64,000 nucleotides of DNA from NCBI GenBank assembly GCA_964357525.1, contig CAYHLH010000002.1:5287-69286 (forward strand), read 5' to 3'. The notes beneath the pieces were generated by a model that worked only from the letters and a program-made list of their open reading frames with translations, did no database searches and had not been told where the DNA came from. This document shows positions 8,847-18,372 of this stretch, piece by piece. The translations under genes were made by a program, and so were the position numbers. Positions within the stretch are counted from its first letter, which is position 1, and every line of letters begins with the position of its first letter. Source of the DNA: an uncultured Candidatus Saccharibacteria bacterium (GTDB taxonomy: Bacteria > Patescibacteriota > Minisyncoccia > UBA6257 > GWB1-50-10).

Positions 8847-9714
8847 CCTTGTGGCGATGGCGCTCGCGGCGACGCTCGTCGTTTCGTTCGCGGTTCCCGC
8901 GGTTTCGTTTGCGGAAGAGAACGAGGGGAAGAACCGTCCGGACACGGAATCATTGAGGAAAAATATCCTTGAGCGGGTGAGGCAGATCTTGCCGTTCAAG
9001 GCGAGGTTTGCCACCTCGACCCGTCCCCGCCCCGAGCTTGCCGACGACAGCGACATGAAAACGGGAAAGTTCGCCTGCTCCCGACTCCCCCAGCTTTTCG
9101 GGGAAGTCCAGGTGAAGACGGCGGAACGCAGGAGCGAGCTTCTGAAGAGTCAGGAAGAGGCCCGCAGGAAGGTTCAGAGACGCAAGGAAGCGGTGCGTGA
9201 GAAGGTAAGCGAACGCAGGGACGAATGGAGCGATAATTTCAAGGAACGATTCGCGGCGCTCGAGCGGAGGGCGGCGACGACGGAGCAGCGTGCAGCCGTC
9301 GCGGCGTTCCGCGCGTCGGTCGAATCCGCGCTCGCGGCGCGCCGTTCGGCGATAGACGCGGCGACCGCGGCGTTCGCTTCCTCGTCGGCGGCTTCCGCCG
9401 GGGAACGCGAGGCGAGGATCGCGGAGATCACCGAAACGTACCGCGTTTCGGTCGCATCCGCGGCGGAGAAAGCGAAGAATGACTGCGCGGCCGATCCGAG
9501 GAATGTAGTAGCCGTCCGCGAGGCATATATGGCTTCTGTGAAGGCCGCGAAGGAAAGATTCGACGCCGACCGCAAGGTGCTCGAGGAGCTGAAAACGGAC
9601 GTGACTGATGCGGCAAAAACATACAAGGATGCGCTCCGTAAAGCGGACGCCGATTTCAAAGCGGCCGTCGAGGCGGCGTCAAAAACCCTGAAAGCCGCGT
9701 TTCCCGGCGCGTGA
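8827..9714 (+). CDS. Secreted Ala-rich coiled-coil protein
   Basis: Signal peptide ending VSFA; long helical body; overlaps the previous gene. Confidence 0.7.
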   Translation: MEKRRYNLVAMALAATLVVSFAVPAVSFAEENEGKNRPDTESLRKNILERVRQILPFKARFATSTRPRPELADDSDMKTGKFACSRLPQLFGEVQVKTAERRSELLKSQEEARRKVQRRKEAVREKVSERRDEWSDNFKERFAALERRAATTEQRAAVAAFRASVESALAARRSAIDAATAAFASSSAASAGEREARIAEITETYRVSVASAAEKAKNDCAADPRNVVAVREAYMASVKAAKERFDADRKVLEELKTDVTDAAKTYKDALRKADADFKAAVEAASKTLKAAFPGA

Positions 9715-9820
9715 AATAGTAACTGATCGGCTTATTGGTTCAACAAAAATCCCCACAAGGGGATTTTTGTTGTATTGCGGATACGGTATACTGAATACTG
9801 TATACTGGATACTGATATAT

Positions 9821-10003
9821 ATGTCTCTCCACAAAAAAATCCTCGGCATTCTCATCGTCGCCCTGCTTCTCATCATCGTGCTCCTCGGGGGGCTGTTCCT
9901 CATCTTCAACCGCGCGGCGCAGGCGCCGACTTCGGGGTTCCAGGGTCCGACGGGAGTACCGTACGCGACCGGGCCAACAAGCCCGCCTCCGTCGTCGTAT
10001 TAA
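9821..10003 (+). CDS. Small single-TM protein with Pro-rich tail
   Basis: MSLHKKILGILIVALLL...; preceded by ATACTGN heptamer repeats containing TATACT. Confidence 0.55.
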   Translation: MSLHKKILGILIVALLLIIVLLGGLFLIFNRAAQAPTSGFQGPTGVPYATGPTSPPPSSY

Positions 10004-10034
10004 CTCAAAAAACCGCCGAAGCGGTTTTTTGTTT

Positions 10035-10216
10035 TGTGCGGGTTAGGAGAAATCTCACACGCTGGGAAACCTCCTTCGATCCCGAGATTTCAGGACCGAG
10101 GGGCACGGTTTTCCCACAGCCTTCCTCCACGGGGAACCGGTCGCGGTTCCCCGACCCCCTCCTCTGTTCGATTCTCCACAGAACAAAAATACCCCGATTG
10201 GGGCATTTTTGTTCTG
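10035..10216 (-). repeat. Structured element ending in a duplicate of the tRNA-Gly 3' end
   Basis: Minus strand: hairpin, GGAGAATCGAAC anti-T-arm (10166-10177), GGGGTCGGGGAACC..GGTTCCCC hairpin, then TTCTCCTAACCCGCACA (10035-10051). Confidence 0.8.
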
Positions 10217-10287
10217 TGCGGGTTAGGAGAATCGAACTCCTGTCTCAACCTTGGCAAGGTCGTGTTCTACCACTAAACCAAACCCGC
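10217..10287 (-). tRNA. tRNA-Gly(GCC)
   Basis: GCGGGTT/AACCCGC acceptor; CGACC-TTGCCAA-GGTTG. Confidence 0.95.
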
Positions 10288-10332
10288 ATTTACAGGATTG
10301 AGTGTACGGGAAGGTTAAATTCTCTTCAAGGG

Positions 10333-11541
10333 TTATCTGATTTTTACAAACCTCTTTTTCCCTATTTTCACGATGTCGCCCGAAGCGAATATCATCTCGT
10401 CGTCCGCTGGAACGGTTTCTTGATTCACTTGTATTGCTCCCTGTTGCAAGAGCCGCCGCGCCTCGCTTTTGGAGGGAACGCCGGCCTTGAGAAGAAATTC
10501 TGTAAGGCGCATTTTTTTCTGCGGGAGGGTTATAGAAGGCATTTCCGCGGGAACTTCGCGTTTGGAGAATGTATTTATGAAAGCTTCCTTAGCCTTTTTT
10601 GCGAGCGCGGGCGAGTGGTAGAGAGACACGACCTCAAAGGCGATCTCCATTTTTATGTCACGCGGATTGCGCTTGTTCGAGAGGTCGCTTTTCAGTTTTA
10701 ACAATCGCGATTCGGTCATGTCGGTTGAAAAGTCGGCGATGAGCGTCATGTTTTCATCGTCTATTGCCATGACCTTTCCGAACATGTCCTCCGGACCGTC
10801 GTCCAGATTAATCATACCCCCCTCGCTCTTGTTCATGAGTTTTTTCCCGGTCTTTGGATCAACCAACAATTTAGTGGTGATAACGAATTTTTCTTTTCCT
10901 TTCAACGCCCTCATCAAGTCTCGTCCCACGAGCATGTTGAATGTTTGATCGGTTCCACCTATTTCGCCGTCAACATTCATTGCCACCGAATCATATCCCT
11001 GCATGAGCGGGTAGAGGAATTCGTGAACCCCTATGGGCTTGCCCGATTTCAATCGCTCCTGAAACATGTCCCGCGCGATCATTTGTTGCACCGTGATGCG
11101 CGAGGCAAGGTCCAAAATATCGGCAAAGCCCATTTTGCGGTACCATGTGGAATTGAATTTGATTGTCGCGGGATTTTTGCCCGTAAAGGAAATCACCTTA
11201 CCGACTTGGGATTTGAACGTTTTGAGATTCTCTTGTACTTGTTTTTCAGTAAGCGGTTGGCGGGGAGAAAGCTTGTCGGTGGGGTCGCCTATCCGGGCGG
11301 TCATGTCCCCGATGAGAAAGATAATTCGGTGGCCGAGTTCTTGGAGCCTTTTTAGAAGCAGTAAATTTGTGGCGGTTCCAAGGTGAAGGTGAGGCCCCGT
11401 TGGATCCGCTCCCAAATAGAAAGCCAACTTCTTTCCGCCAAGAAGAGCCTTTCTCAGCATTTCCTTAGAAGGGTAAATATTTTCCACCCCCCGTGCGAGG
11501 GTTTTTTCGATGAGCTCCAATTTATTCCCCATTTGTTTCAT
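10333..11541 (-). CDS. tyrS: Tyrosine--tRNA ligase
   Basis: YLGADPTGPHLHLG (HIGH-like), YPLMQGYD, GGTDQTFN, KLMNKS (KMSKS-like), C-terminal S4 domain. Confidence 0.97.
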   Translation of the reverse strand: MKQMGNKLELIEKTLARGVENIYPSKEMLRKALLGGKKLAFYLGADPTGPHLHLGTATNLLLLKRLQELGHRIIFLIGDMTARIGDPTDKLSPRQPLTEKQVQENLKTFKSQVGKVISFTGKNPATIKFNSTWYRKMGFADILDLASRITVQQMIARDMFQERLKSGKPIGVHEFLYPLMQGYDSVAMNVDGEIGGTDQTFNMLVGRDLMRALKGKEKFVITTKLLVDPKTGKKLMNKSEGGMINLDDGPEDMFGKVMAIDDENMTLIADFSTDMTESRLLKLKSDLSNKRNPRDIKMEIAFEVVSLYHSPALAKKAKEAFINTFSKREVPAEMPSITLPQKKMRLTEFLLKAGVPSKSEARRLLQQGAIQVNQETVPADDEMIFASGDIVKIGKKRFVKIR

Positions 11542-11619
11542 TTTAACCGCTCTGTCCTCAAAAACATAGTGAAGCCCGCTTTCCGGAAAAAGAGGGCTTC
11601 AGCCGCATTGTAGATAGAA

Positions 11620-12207
11620 TTATTTTTTTGACGGTTTGAGGACCACGTCGATGAGGCCGTATTCCTTCGCCTCCGCGGCGGTAAGCCAAAAGTCGCGGTC
11701 CGTGTCCTTCTCGATCTTGGCGAGCTTCTGCCCCGTGTGCTTGGCGAGCACCTTGTTCAGGCGCTCCTTGATCTTCAAAATGTGCCGCGCGGTTATCTCG
11801 ATTTCCGTCGCCTGGCCCTCCGCGCCGCCCATCACTTGGTGGAGCAGTATCTCCGAGTTGGGAAGCGCGAAGCGCTTGCCTTTAGTGCCGGCGCAGAGGA
11901 GCACGGCGCCCATACTCGCGGCGACGCCGACGCAGATGGTGGATACCGGGGACTTGACGTGCTGCATCGTGTCATAGATGGCGAGGCCGCCCGTCACCAT
12001 CCCTCCGGGCGAGTTGATGTAGAGCTTGATGTCCTTCTTCGAATCCTCGTTGTCCAAAAAGAGGAGCTGGGCGATGACGGAGTTGGCGACCACATCGTCG
12101 ATGCCGCCTCCGAGGAATATGATGCGTTCCTTGAGGAGGCGCGAGTAGATGTCGTACGCGCGCTCTCCGTAGTTCGTTTTTTCAATGACGGTGGGTATTA
12201 GGTTCAT
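11620..12207 (-). CDS. clpP: ATP-dependent Clp protease proteolytic subunit
   Basis: [35 protein letters not shown]. Confidence 0.98.
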   Translation of the reverse strand: MNLIPTVIEKTNYGERAYDIYSRLLKERIIFLGGGIDDVVANSVIAQLLFLDNEDSKKDIKLYINSPGGMVTGGLAIYDTMQHVKSPVSTICVGVAASMGAVLLCAGTKGKRFALPNSEILLHQVMGGAEGQATEIEITARHILKIKERLNKVLAKHTGQKLAKIEKDTDRDFWLTAAEAKEYGLIDVVLKPSKK

Positions 12208-12314
12208 TGTTTACAATGATAACGTATCATCAAAATATTTTCAAACAAATCGGAAATCCCGCCATTGGCGGGATTTTTCAATTCGTATATTCGTACCTAT
12301 TCGTGATTGGTTGA

Positions 12315-12797
12315 TTAGAATTCCACCTTCTCGATGAGGATGGCGTTGAATTGGCTCGCTTTCCTGACGTTCTCCGCGGCTGTCACCGTGACGGTCTCGC
12401 TCGTCTTGAGGTCGGAGAGCTTCAAGGTTTCGCGCGAAATGTTGCCGTTCTTGTCTATCTGCGTGGGCCGGAGGACGTACATTTCCGTGGATTGGTTCAC
12501 GACCGCCACGCGGGAGATGGTGCGCTGCGGGCTGCCGTCCGAGTGCGGAAGGTAATCCTCGGGGTCACCGATCGAAAGTTCTATCTTCGAGCCGTCTATC
12601 TTCGTGATGGTGCCGACGACGGTCCTGAGGTCCTCCGGCGGCTTCGGGAAGGTCAAGGCCACGAGGTCCTCCAACTGCTTCGTGTCCGTCGTTTGGAATC
12701 CGAGGTTCTTGCCGACTAGGTAGTAGCCGATGAGAAATCCTACGACGAGGCCGACGATGAAGAATATGACGGGAAGCTTTAGATTTTTTTGTTCCAT
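12315..12797 (-). CDS. Membrane-anchored hypothetical protein
   Basis: N-terminal TM helix, beta-rich body. Confidence 0.65.
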   Translation of the reverse strand: MEQKNLKLPVIFFIVGLVVGFLIGYYLVGKNLGFQTTDTKQLEDLVALTFPKPPEDLRTVVGTITKIDGSKIELSIGDPEDYLPHSDGSPQRTISRVAVVNQSTEMYVLRPTQIDKNGNISRETLKLSDLKTSETVTVTAAENVRKASQFNAILIEKVEF

Positions 12798-12897
12798 GAT
12801 TTTGAAATGCACTTTCGCGACGTTTTATTCAGTATAGCATAAAAGATGCAAAAAACATGATTTCTCATACCCAAGGTCTTTTCTCCGCTTTTCTCCA

Positions 12898-12921
12898 CGC
12901 GGTCTGATTAATCAGACCGCG
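12898..12921. promoter_or_regulatory. 24-bp perfect palindrome just upstream of an extended -10 box (putative operator)
   Basis: CGCGGTCTGATTAATCAGACCGCG then CCGTGGTATAAT. Confidence 0.8.
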
Positions 12922-12996
12922 CCGTGGTATAATAATCAATGATGATGTTTATTGTTGGCGTTGTTAAAACAGCAATAAAAACCTTTTCTCAAAAAC

Positions 12997-13372
12997 ATGG
13001 TTCGCGTAAATAGGACTCAATTCCCAAGCGCGTTACGCCGAGAGGCATGGCAGAAGTTCTGGAAAATCGTGAGAAGTTCCCCGTCGCCGGAGGTGCTCGC
13101 GCGAGATCTCTCGGCATTTTTCTCCCCCTCGGAAATCGCCGTGCTTGAAAAGAGGCTTGCGATATTACTTCTCCTTGAAAAGGGCGCGGCCTATCGGGAA
13201 ATCGGACGCACTATATGATGTTACAAGGGGTACGGTGAGTTTTGTTAAGCATCACTTCGTGAAAAAACCGCGCGTACACCGGAAATATTCACCACTGCCA
13301 AAAAGGGAATCTTCATATATTCCGCCACCGGGGACACTACGATCACTAAAACGCCACTTTAAAGAAAAATAA
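12997..13372 (+). pseudogene. TrpR-like (YerC/YecD) paralogue 2, frameshifted by one extra base at ~13216
   Basis: First frame reads MVRVNRTQFP...YREIGRTI*; the +1 frame continues DVTRGTVSFVKHHFVKKP, colinear with paralogue 1 (DVSSTTINSIKHHFVKKP). Confidence 0.8.
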
Positions 13373-13437
13373 ATTTTTCTCTCTAACTCCATCTTTCCCT
13401 CCGTCTTTTCTTTTTCTTCTATGTGTCCCCTCCACCA

Positions 13438-13461
13438 CGCGGTCTGATTAATCAGACCGCG
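13438..13461. repeat. Second copy of the GGTCTGATTAATCAGACC palindrome
   Basis: Identical 24-mer to 12898-12921. Confidence 0.9.
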
Positions 13462-13486
13462 TTGGATTTCGGTTTTAACCGGTTTA

Positions 13487-13532
13487 TTTGATTATTCCTG
13501 CATCTTACATTTGATTGTTCCCGCATCTTACA
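13487..13532. repeat. 23-bp tandem direct repeat x2
   Basis: TTTGATTATTCCTGCATCTTACA / TTTGATTGTTCCCGCATCTTACA. Confidence 0.8.
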
Positions 13533-13628
13533 AAAGAAAGAAAAGAAATGAAACTCCGCTGGCTTGCGCCCGTGGTTTCTTTTGGCTACAAGCTCAGTTT
13601 GACCCAGGTCTTCCAATAATATGCGACA

Positions 13629-13662
13629 CAAGAGGTGGTCTGATTAATCAGACCACCTCTTG
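13629..13662. repeat. Third copy of the palindrome, 34-bp perfect
   Basis: CAAGAGGTGGTCTGATTAATCAGACCACCTCTTG. Confidence 0.9.
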
Positions 13663-13843
13663 ATAACCCCTTTGTGCTGGAACGGGAAGACCGGGGTAAT
13701 GCATTTACCCGCCTCGACATTGCGTCGGGGTGGTTTTTTGACATATAAAAAACCCCCGCAATTTGACATTGCAGGGGTGACGTCACCTTCCTTACATTTA
13801 GTAGAAGTGTCCCCCAAAAGGGACTTTTGTCAGGAGGTGTAAA

Positions 13844-15283
13844 CTATTTCATCAGTATCATTTTCTTCGTATCCGTAAAATCATCGGTTTTCAACCTGTA
13901 GAAGTAAACTCCGCTCGGCAAATTGACTCCGTCAAAAGAGACTTCGTAATTTCCGGCAGGCTTCATTCCGTTTACAAGAATTTCAACTTCTCTTCCGAGG
14001 ATGTCGTACACCGTAAGGTTTACAAGTCCTTTTTTAGGAACAGAAAACTGAATTTTTGTGACAGGATTGAACGGGTTCGGATAGTTCTGGGAAAGGGAGA
14101 ATTTTTCAGCAATCTCATTCTGATTCTGGATCCCCGTCATGGAGTCGGGCGCGTATTTCTTTATCCATCCGATCGACAGCGGATTTTGTCCGTTATCGAA
14201 GGATTTACCAAGAGCATAGAAATATCCTTGGTGAAATTTCACTCCCTGCACGTGGTTTAGGACATATTGCGGGTGTTGCACGATTCTCGTGCTCCACTTT
14301 CTGTGTCCATCAAGATCGAATGCGGCGAGGTACCCCGCCTTTTGCGACGTCCATTGCAGAGAATCCCTTCTGATCTGTGCTCCTATCAATATGAGATTCT
14401 GGTATTGCGATATGCTAACACCCTGAACAAAGTTCTCTTCATTCGCCGCGGAACTTCCGTTCGGAAGCCACATGGTGTCCCATATGATCGCGCCGTTTGT
14501 TCCGTTCAGTTTGCACAACCGGAACCATAATGCATAAAGCGGATTGAGCGAACCAGTCACGGTCATGCCGACATAGCAATTCCCGCTTGAATCAACATCC
14601 CCGTCCGTGGTAATTCCGATGGAATCCATGAAATCTTTTCTCCATGTTTGCTGGCGGGTCGCAAGATCGAATCGCATCACGGTGTTGCGGTAGGTGCCGT
14701 TGAAGGAAGTCGTGAAAATAGTCAGCTTGTCGCCTACCACTTTCGGATGCCTTCCGGCGGTGATGTTCGCCCCGATGGGAAAACTGCTCCGTTGGGTCCC
14801 GAACTCGTCATATATGAATATGATGTCATTCAATACATCAACCACGACGACACTGTCTCCGTAAACAGCAAGAAAAGGCGCTCCGACATATACCGAACTC
14901 GTATTGAGCAGAGCGCCCGATGAGGCGTCCCTGAACACAAGACGGTAATTATTGTTGGCCGCTTGGTGCGAGACATTCACTGTCTTGTTCTTTCCAGCAA
15001 GCACATTCAGTTGCGAATGACTGGCGATGGAGTTGTTATTGAACGTAGTGTCCAATTTCACCCACTGGGTAAGGCCGTTCACCGAATTACAGCGTATGAC
15101 ATGGGATTTGAAGTTGGTATAACCTCCGAGAAACAGCCCCCCGTTCCATACCTGCAGCTCGTTCGGATCCAGATGGTTTCCCTCGGAAGGAGGGTATTCC
15201 TGCGTCCAGACCAAAGATGGCGTCTGCGCGTTTGTTGCAAGAGCGCAACAAAAAAGCACAAGAGCGATGATTAGTGTTTTCAT
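13844..15283 (-). CDS. Secreted beta-propeller-like protein with T9SS type-A C-terminal sorting domain
   Basis: Signal peptide ...TNA|Q; C-terminus 'FSLSQNYPNPFNPVTKIQFSVP...VYDILGREV...LPSGVYFYRL...TKKMILMK'; SD GAAAGGAG. Confidence 0.88.
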   Translation of the reverse strand: MKTLIIALVLFCCALATNAQTPSLVWTQEYPPSEGNHLDPNELQVWNGGLFLGGYTNFKSHVIRCNSVNGLTQWVKLDTTFNNNSIASHSQLNVLAGKNKTVNVSHQAANNNYRLVFRDASSGALLNTSSVYVGAPFLAVYGDSVVVVDVLNDIIFIYDEFGTQRSSFPIGANITAGRHPKVVGDKLTIFTTSFNGTYRNTVMRFDLATRQQTWRKDFMDSIGITTDGDVDSSGNCYVGMTVTGSLNPLYALWFRLCKLNGTNGAIIWDTMWLPNGSSAANEENFVQGVSISQYQNLILIGAQIRRDSLQWTSQKAGYLAAFDLDGHRKWSTRIVQHPQYVLNHVQGVKFHQGYFYALGKSFDNGQNPLSIGWIKKYAPDSMTGIQNQNEIAEKFSLSQNYPNPFNPVTKIQFSVPKKGLVNLTVYDILGREVEILVNGMKPAGNYEVSFDGVNLPSGVYFYRLKTDDFTDTKKMILMK

Positions 15284-15507
15284 TTCAAACTCCTTTCGAG
15301 TTCCAAGCTTTTCAGCTTATTAATTTATTTAATTACTAGGTTCATTATAGCACATTACTACAAAATTTTCAAGTTATTCTGTCAATCCCTCACATAACAA
15401 GTTATATAAGGGATAAAGATAAGGTTTTAAGCGGTTTTTGGGTAGTTTTAATAATCAAAGAAACTAGGTCTTCCGGACGAGGTCGGGTTTTCTTGTTTCT
15501 CGATTTA

Positions 15508-15566
15508 CCCGGTAGTAGAACCGCGACAGGTTCTCCACCTTTGGGTAGTCGCGGTACACTACCGGG
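15508..15566 (+). mobile_element. CCCRGTA element, promoter subfamily (B1)
   Basis: CCCGGTAGTAGAACCGCGAC...GTCGCGGTACACTACCGGG; flanks TTTA/TTTG; followed by CTACAAT. Confidence 0.7.
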
Positions 15567-15587
15567 TTTGCTACAATGAAACATATG

Positions 15588-15717
15588 CCCAGTAATACAA
15601 CTTCAATTCGCTTTGCGAAAAAGTGATTGAAGCACAGTTGCTGGGGAAAGTCGCAGTACAAACAAAAAGTTAAAAACACCTTGTCGCGGTGTAACCAATT
15701 GAAGTTGATATACTGGG
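15588..15717 (+). mobile_element. CCCRGTA element, start-codon subfamily (A1), no intact cargo gene
   Basis: CCCAGTAATACAACTTCAATT...AATTGAAGTTGATATACTGGG flanked by TATG/TATG; the right ATG starts the 15719 gene. Confidence 0.75.
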
Positions 15718-15718
15718 T

Positions 15719-17179
15719 ATGAAAAATAAAAGGGAAATTGTATTTATTTTAGTCGGCGTGGCGTTCCTACTCTTCGTCCTTGTTTCCATGGGGGTGTTCC
15801 GGAATCTCGGGCAGCAGGTGGCCCAGGAGTTCTATGTGAACGCGAAGGGAGAGAAGTGGACGCTTCCGGACGGGAAGTACGAGTTCACGGTGAGCGCGAG
15901 CGGCTATCCGCGATTCCTAGGTGGAGTGATAGACCCCGTGAAAGTAAAAGTGGGAGATACGCAGACGATGACGGTCCGCGTCGCGAGCCCGGTGCCGATA
16001 GAGAGCGTCGTCGCTGAAATTCAAACGGACACAAAGACGCAGGAAATCGCGCTCACACTCGTGGAGAACAAGGCACTTTCGGGAGAGTATTTTGAAAACC
16101 AACCATACCTCATTGACGACAGCGGGGAGCTCATCATCAACAGGGCGAACTCAAGCTATGCGGAGAAGGCGATAAAGCAATTGGTCGCGAGCGCGGAGGC
16201 ACAATCCCTCGTAGAATATGTCTTTGAGGGCGAGTGGGTGGTAAACGACACGCATACGAAGCTTTACCACACGAAGTTCACGGCGACGGATGAGGACGGC
16301 AATGCCGACGAGCTCATTCTCGCGTGGTCCGACCCTGTGTGCAATTTTCTTACTGATGTTGATGGCACCGGATTACTTCAAGGAGACTGTTCAGTAACCA
16401 ACGGAGTTGAGGGTTTTGACGGGGCAAATCTTAGTTTGAATGGACATCAGGTAACTCTTTCCGGTACTTCCTCTCTCATCTGGAACGGGGATGCCGAAGG
16501 CAATCGGTCGCTCATCATAGGAGGGGGAAGCATCAGTATCGGCAACGGCACGCAGGTGAAGGAAGCGCTTCTGTGGTACACCGACCTTGATGCGGATACC
16601 TTTACGGCGGATTTGGGAACAATACACTACGAAGATTGTTCTCTGCCGCCGTGCCCGCAGAGGGTGCGCGTTAAAGATTCTCCATCGCGACCGTGGTTCA
16701 CTCCCGCCTTGGCAAACGGTCTTGACTGTCTCGACGACCCGACTATCGGGGATTTCAAGGCGGTTGACGTTCATCCCCAGCTTCCCGGGGAGGAGAAGTA
16801 TTTCGAGGATTTCTACAACGCGGGAGTGACAAACCCACAGAGTTACGACTACGACTGTTCCGGCGCGGCGACCGGAGGATGGGGAAATAATGTTCCCACC
16901 GATATAACCTCAACAACCCTCGTCTACTTCGACATAATAAGCGGCGGTGACGACCAGGGCGGCGGCAAGCAGTTATGCAATACAGGAGCGACCATAGAGG
17001 ATTTCTCTTCGTACTGCGGTACTCTCTCTCCTTCCACTTTCATACGGTGCGATGTTGGGCTCATTACCGGCGGTGGCGTGGGGAGCCCGGAGATTTTTCC
17101 TCCAGACCTTGAAAACGGATGGATGTACGGCACGTGCACCGAATGCATCGGCGTCTCGGTCGCCGGATTCTGCCACTGA
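15719..17179 (+). CDS. Membrane-anchored surface protein with Cys/Asp/Gly-rich C-terminal region
   Basis: N-terminal TM; Ig-like segment; 'WYTDLDADTF...DCLD...VHP...YDYDCSG' resembles MopE-like putative metal-binding repeats. Confidence 0.7.
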   Translation: MKNKREIVFILVGVAFLLFVLVSMGVFRNLGQQVAQEFYVNAKGEKWTLPDGKYEFTVSASGYPRFLGGVIDPVKVKVGDTQTMTVRVASPVPIESVVAEIQTDTKTQEIALTLVENKALSGEYFENQPYLIDDSGELIINRANSSYAEKAIKQLVASAEAQSLVEYVFEGEWVVNDTHTKLYHTKFTATDEDGNADELILAWSDPVCNFLTDVDGTGLLQGDCSVTNGVEGFDGANLSLNGHQVTLSGTSSLIWNGDAEGNRSLIIGGGSISIGNGTQVKEALLWYTDLDADTFTADLGTIHYEDCSLPPCPQRVRVKDSPSRPWFTPALANGLDCLDDPTIGDFKAVDVHPQLPGEEKYFEDFYNAGVTNPQSYDYDCSGAATGGWGNNVPTDITSTTLVYFDIISGGDDQGGGKQLCNTGATIEDFSSYCGTLSPSTFIRCDVGLITGGGVGSPEIFPPDLENGWMYGTCTECIGVSVAGFCH

Positions 17180-17427
17180 TGAAGTATCCGAATTAGGTAG
17201 GAGTTACACAGCATCAAAAAGCCCCCAAAAAGGGGGCTTTTGATTTTGATTGAAATAAAGGCGGGGCCTCCAAACCCCGTCTTTTTCTTTACTTTTTAGA
17301 GTTGCTTGACGCCTATATTTGTGGTATAAACTAACAGTAGTTTTACATTAACAAACTTTGAGTGCCTGCTTGCGCATCTCATCCTTTCCGTAGGTTGGAA
17401 GGAATTTTAAAAGCAGGAAGGAGATTC

Positions 17428-17658
17428 ATGAAAATGAAAAAGCAATTTTCATTTCCGGTGGAGGACTCGGATTTCCAAACTTCGAGTTACACTCACCCCG
17501 GTGGGATAATTACCCGCTGTGTAAAAGTCGCCATAAAGAAAAAAGGCGTAGCTTTGCGGGACAGCAAGGATCCCGGTAATAAGACCTTATTCTTCAAGCT
17601 CGGCGAATGGAATGCCTTTATTAAAGGCGTTAAAGACGGCGAATTTGACCTTAAATAA
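17428..17658 (+). CDS. DUF397-family small protein
   Basis: 'FQTSSYT...CVKVA...VALRDSKDP...LFFKLGEWNAFIKGVKDGEFD'; SD AGGAAGGAG; TTGACG..TATAAA promoter upstream. Confidence 0.85.
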   Translation: MKMKKQFSFPVEDSDFQTSSYTHPGGIITRCVKVAIKKKGVALRDSKDPGNKTLFFKLGEWNAFIKGVKDGEFDLK

Positions 17659-17748
17659 AATTGTGCCGTAGCGCTACGACATATATATGGGCATACTTGA
17701 TAGGTATGCCCTTTTGTCATTTAATTAATTCGATGGGAAGACCATAAT

Positions 17749-18324
17749 ATGGAAAAACCTCGGTTCTACATTTTACCCGGGTGGGGGCATAGGATTACCG
17801 ATAGAAACTATCGGAAGCTTATTTCCATTGTCTCCAAAAAGTACCTATTTACGCCGCTCGCGCTTTCCACGAGGAACAGGAAATATTCGCTGGGAGGCCC
17901 GGAGCCCGTCTCAACAATACTCAAAAAAATCGAGGAACAGATTGCCAAACCATGTGGGCGTGACGTAATCCTCGGATTCTCCGTGGGAGCCCTGCAGGCA
18001 TATCTCCTTGCGCGGCGGCTCGATTTCAAACATGCGATTTTGTGCTCTTTGAGTCCGGTGCTCGGCAAGGACATCCTGCTTTACCGCAAGAAAGAACTTT
18101 CGGATTTCTCCCTGGTTCAACGGCGGGAAATGAAGAAAATGAATTACCCCCCGCTTGCTACAAAAAAGGTGACGCTCCTGTATGGCGGAAAAGAGCACAT
18201 TACCGTGAAGAATAGGGCGAAGCGGTTGAGCAAGAGAAAAGGGTGGCGCGCAATCGAGATCAGAAATGCTGACCATGACCTTGGTGATGCATATCTGAAA
18301 GGCATAAAAAAGGTTTTACTATAA
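17749..18324 (+). CDS. Alpha/beta hydrolase fold protein
   Basis: ILPGWG oxyanion region, GFSVG nucleophile elbow, C-terminal ADHD. Confidence 0.75.
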   Translation: MEKPRFYILPGWGHRITDRNYRKLISIVSKKYLFTPLALSTRNRKYSLGGPEPVSTILKKIEEQIAKPCGRDVILGFSVGALQAYLLARRLDFKHAILCSLSPVLGKDILLYRKKELSDFSLVQRREMKKMNYPPLATKKVTLLYGGKEHITVKNRAKRLSKRKGWRAIEIRNADHDLGDAYLKGIKKVLL

Positions 18325-18372
18325 ATAAAAACTCCCGTATTTCTACGGGAGTTCAGGAGAAAAATGAAGTTA

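Noticed and set aside
13216-13218. TGA read-through or genetic code 25 in TrpR paralogue 2
   Set aside because: Homology continues in a different frame, and TGA ends conserved genes (rbfA, ligA, pilC).
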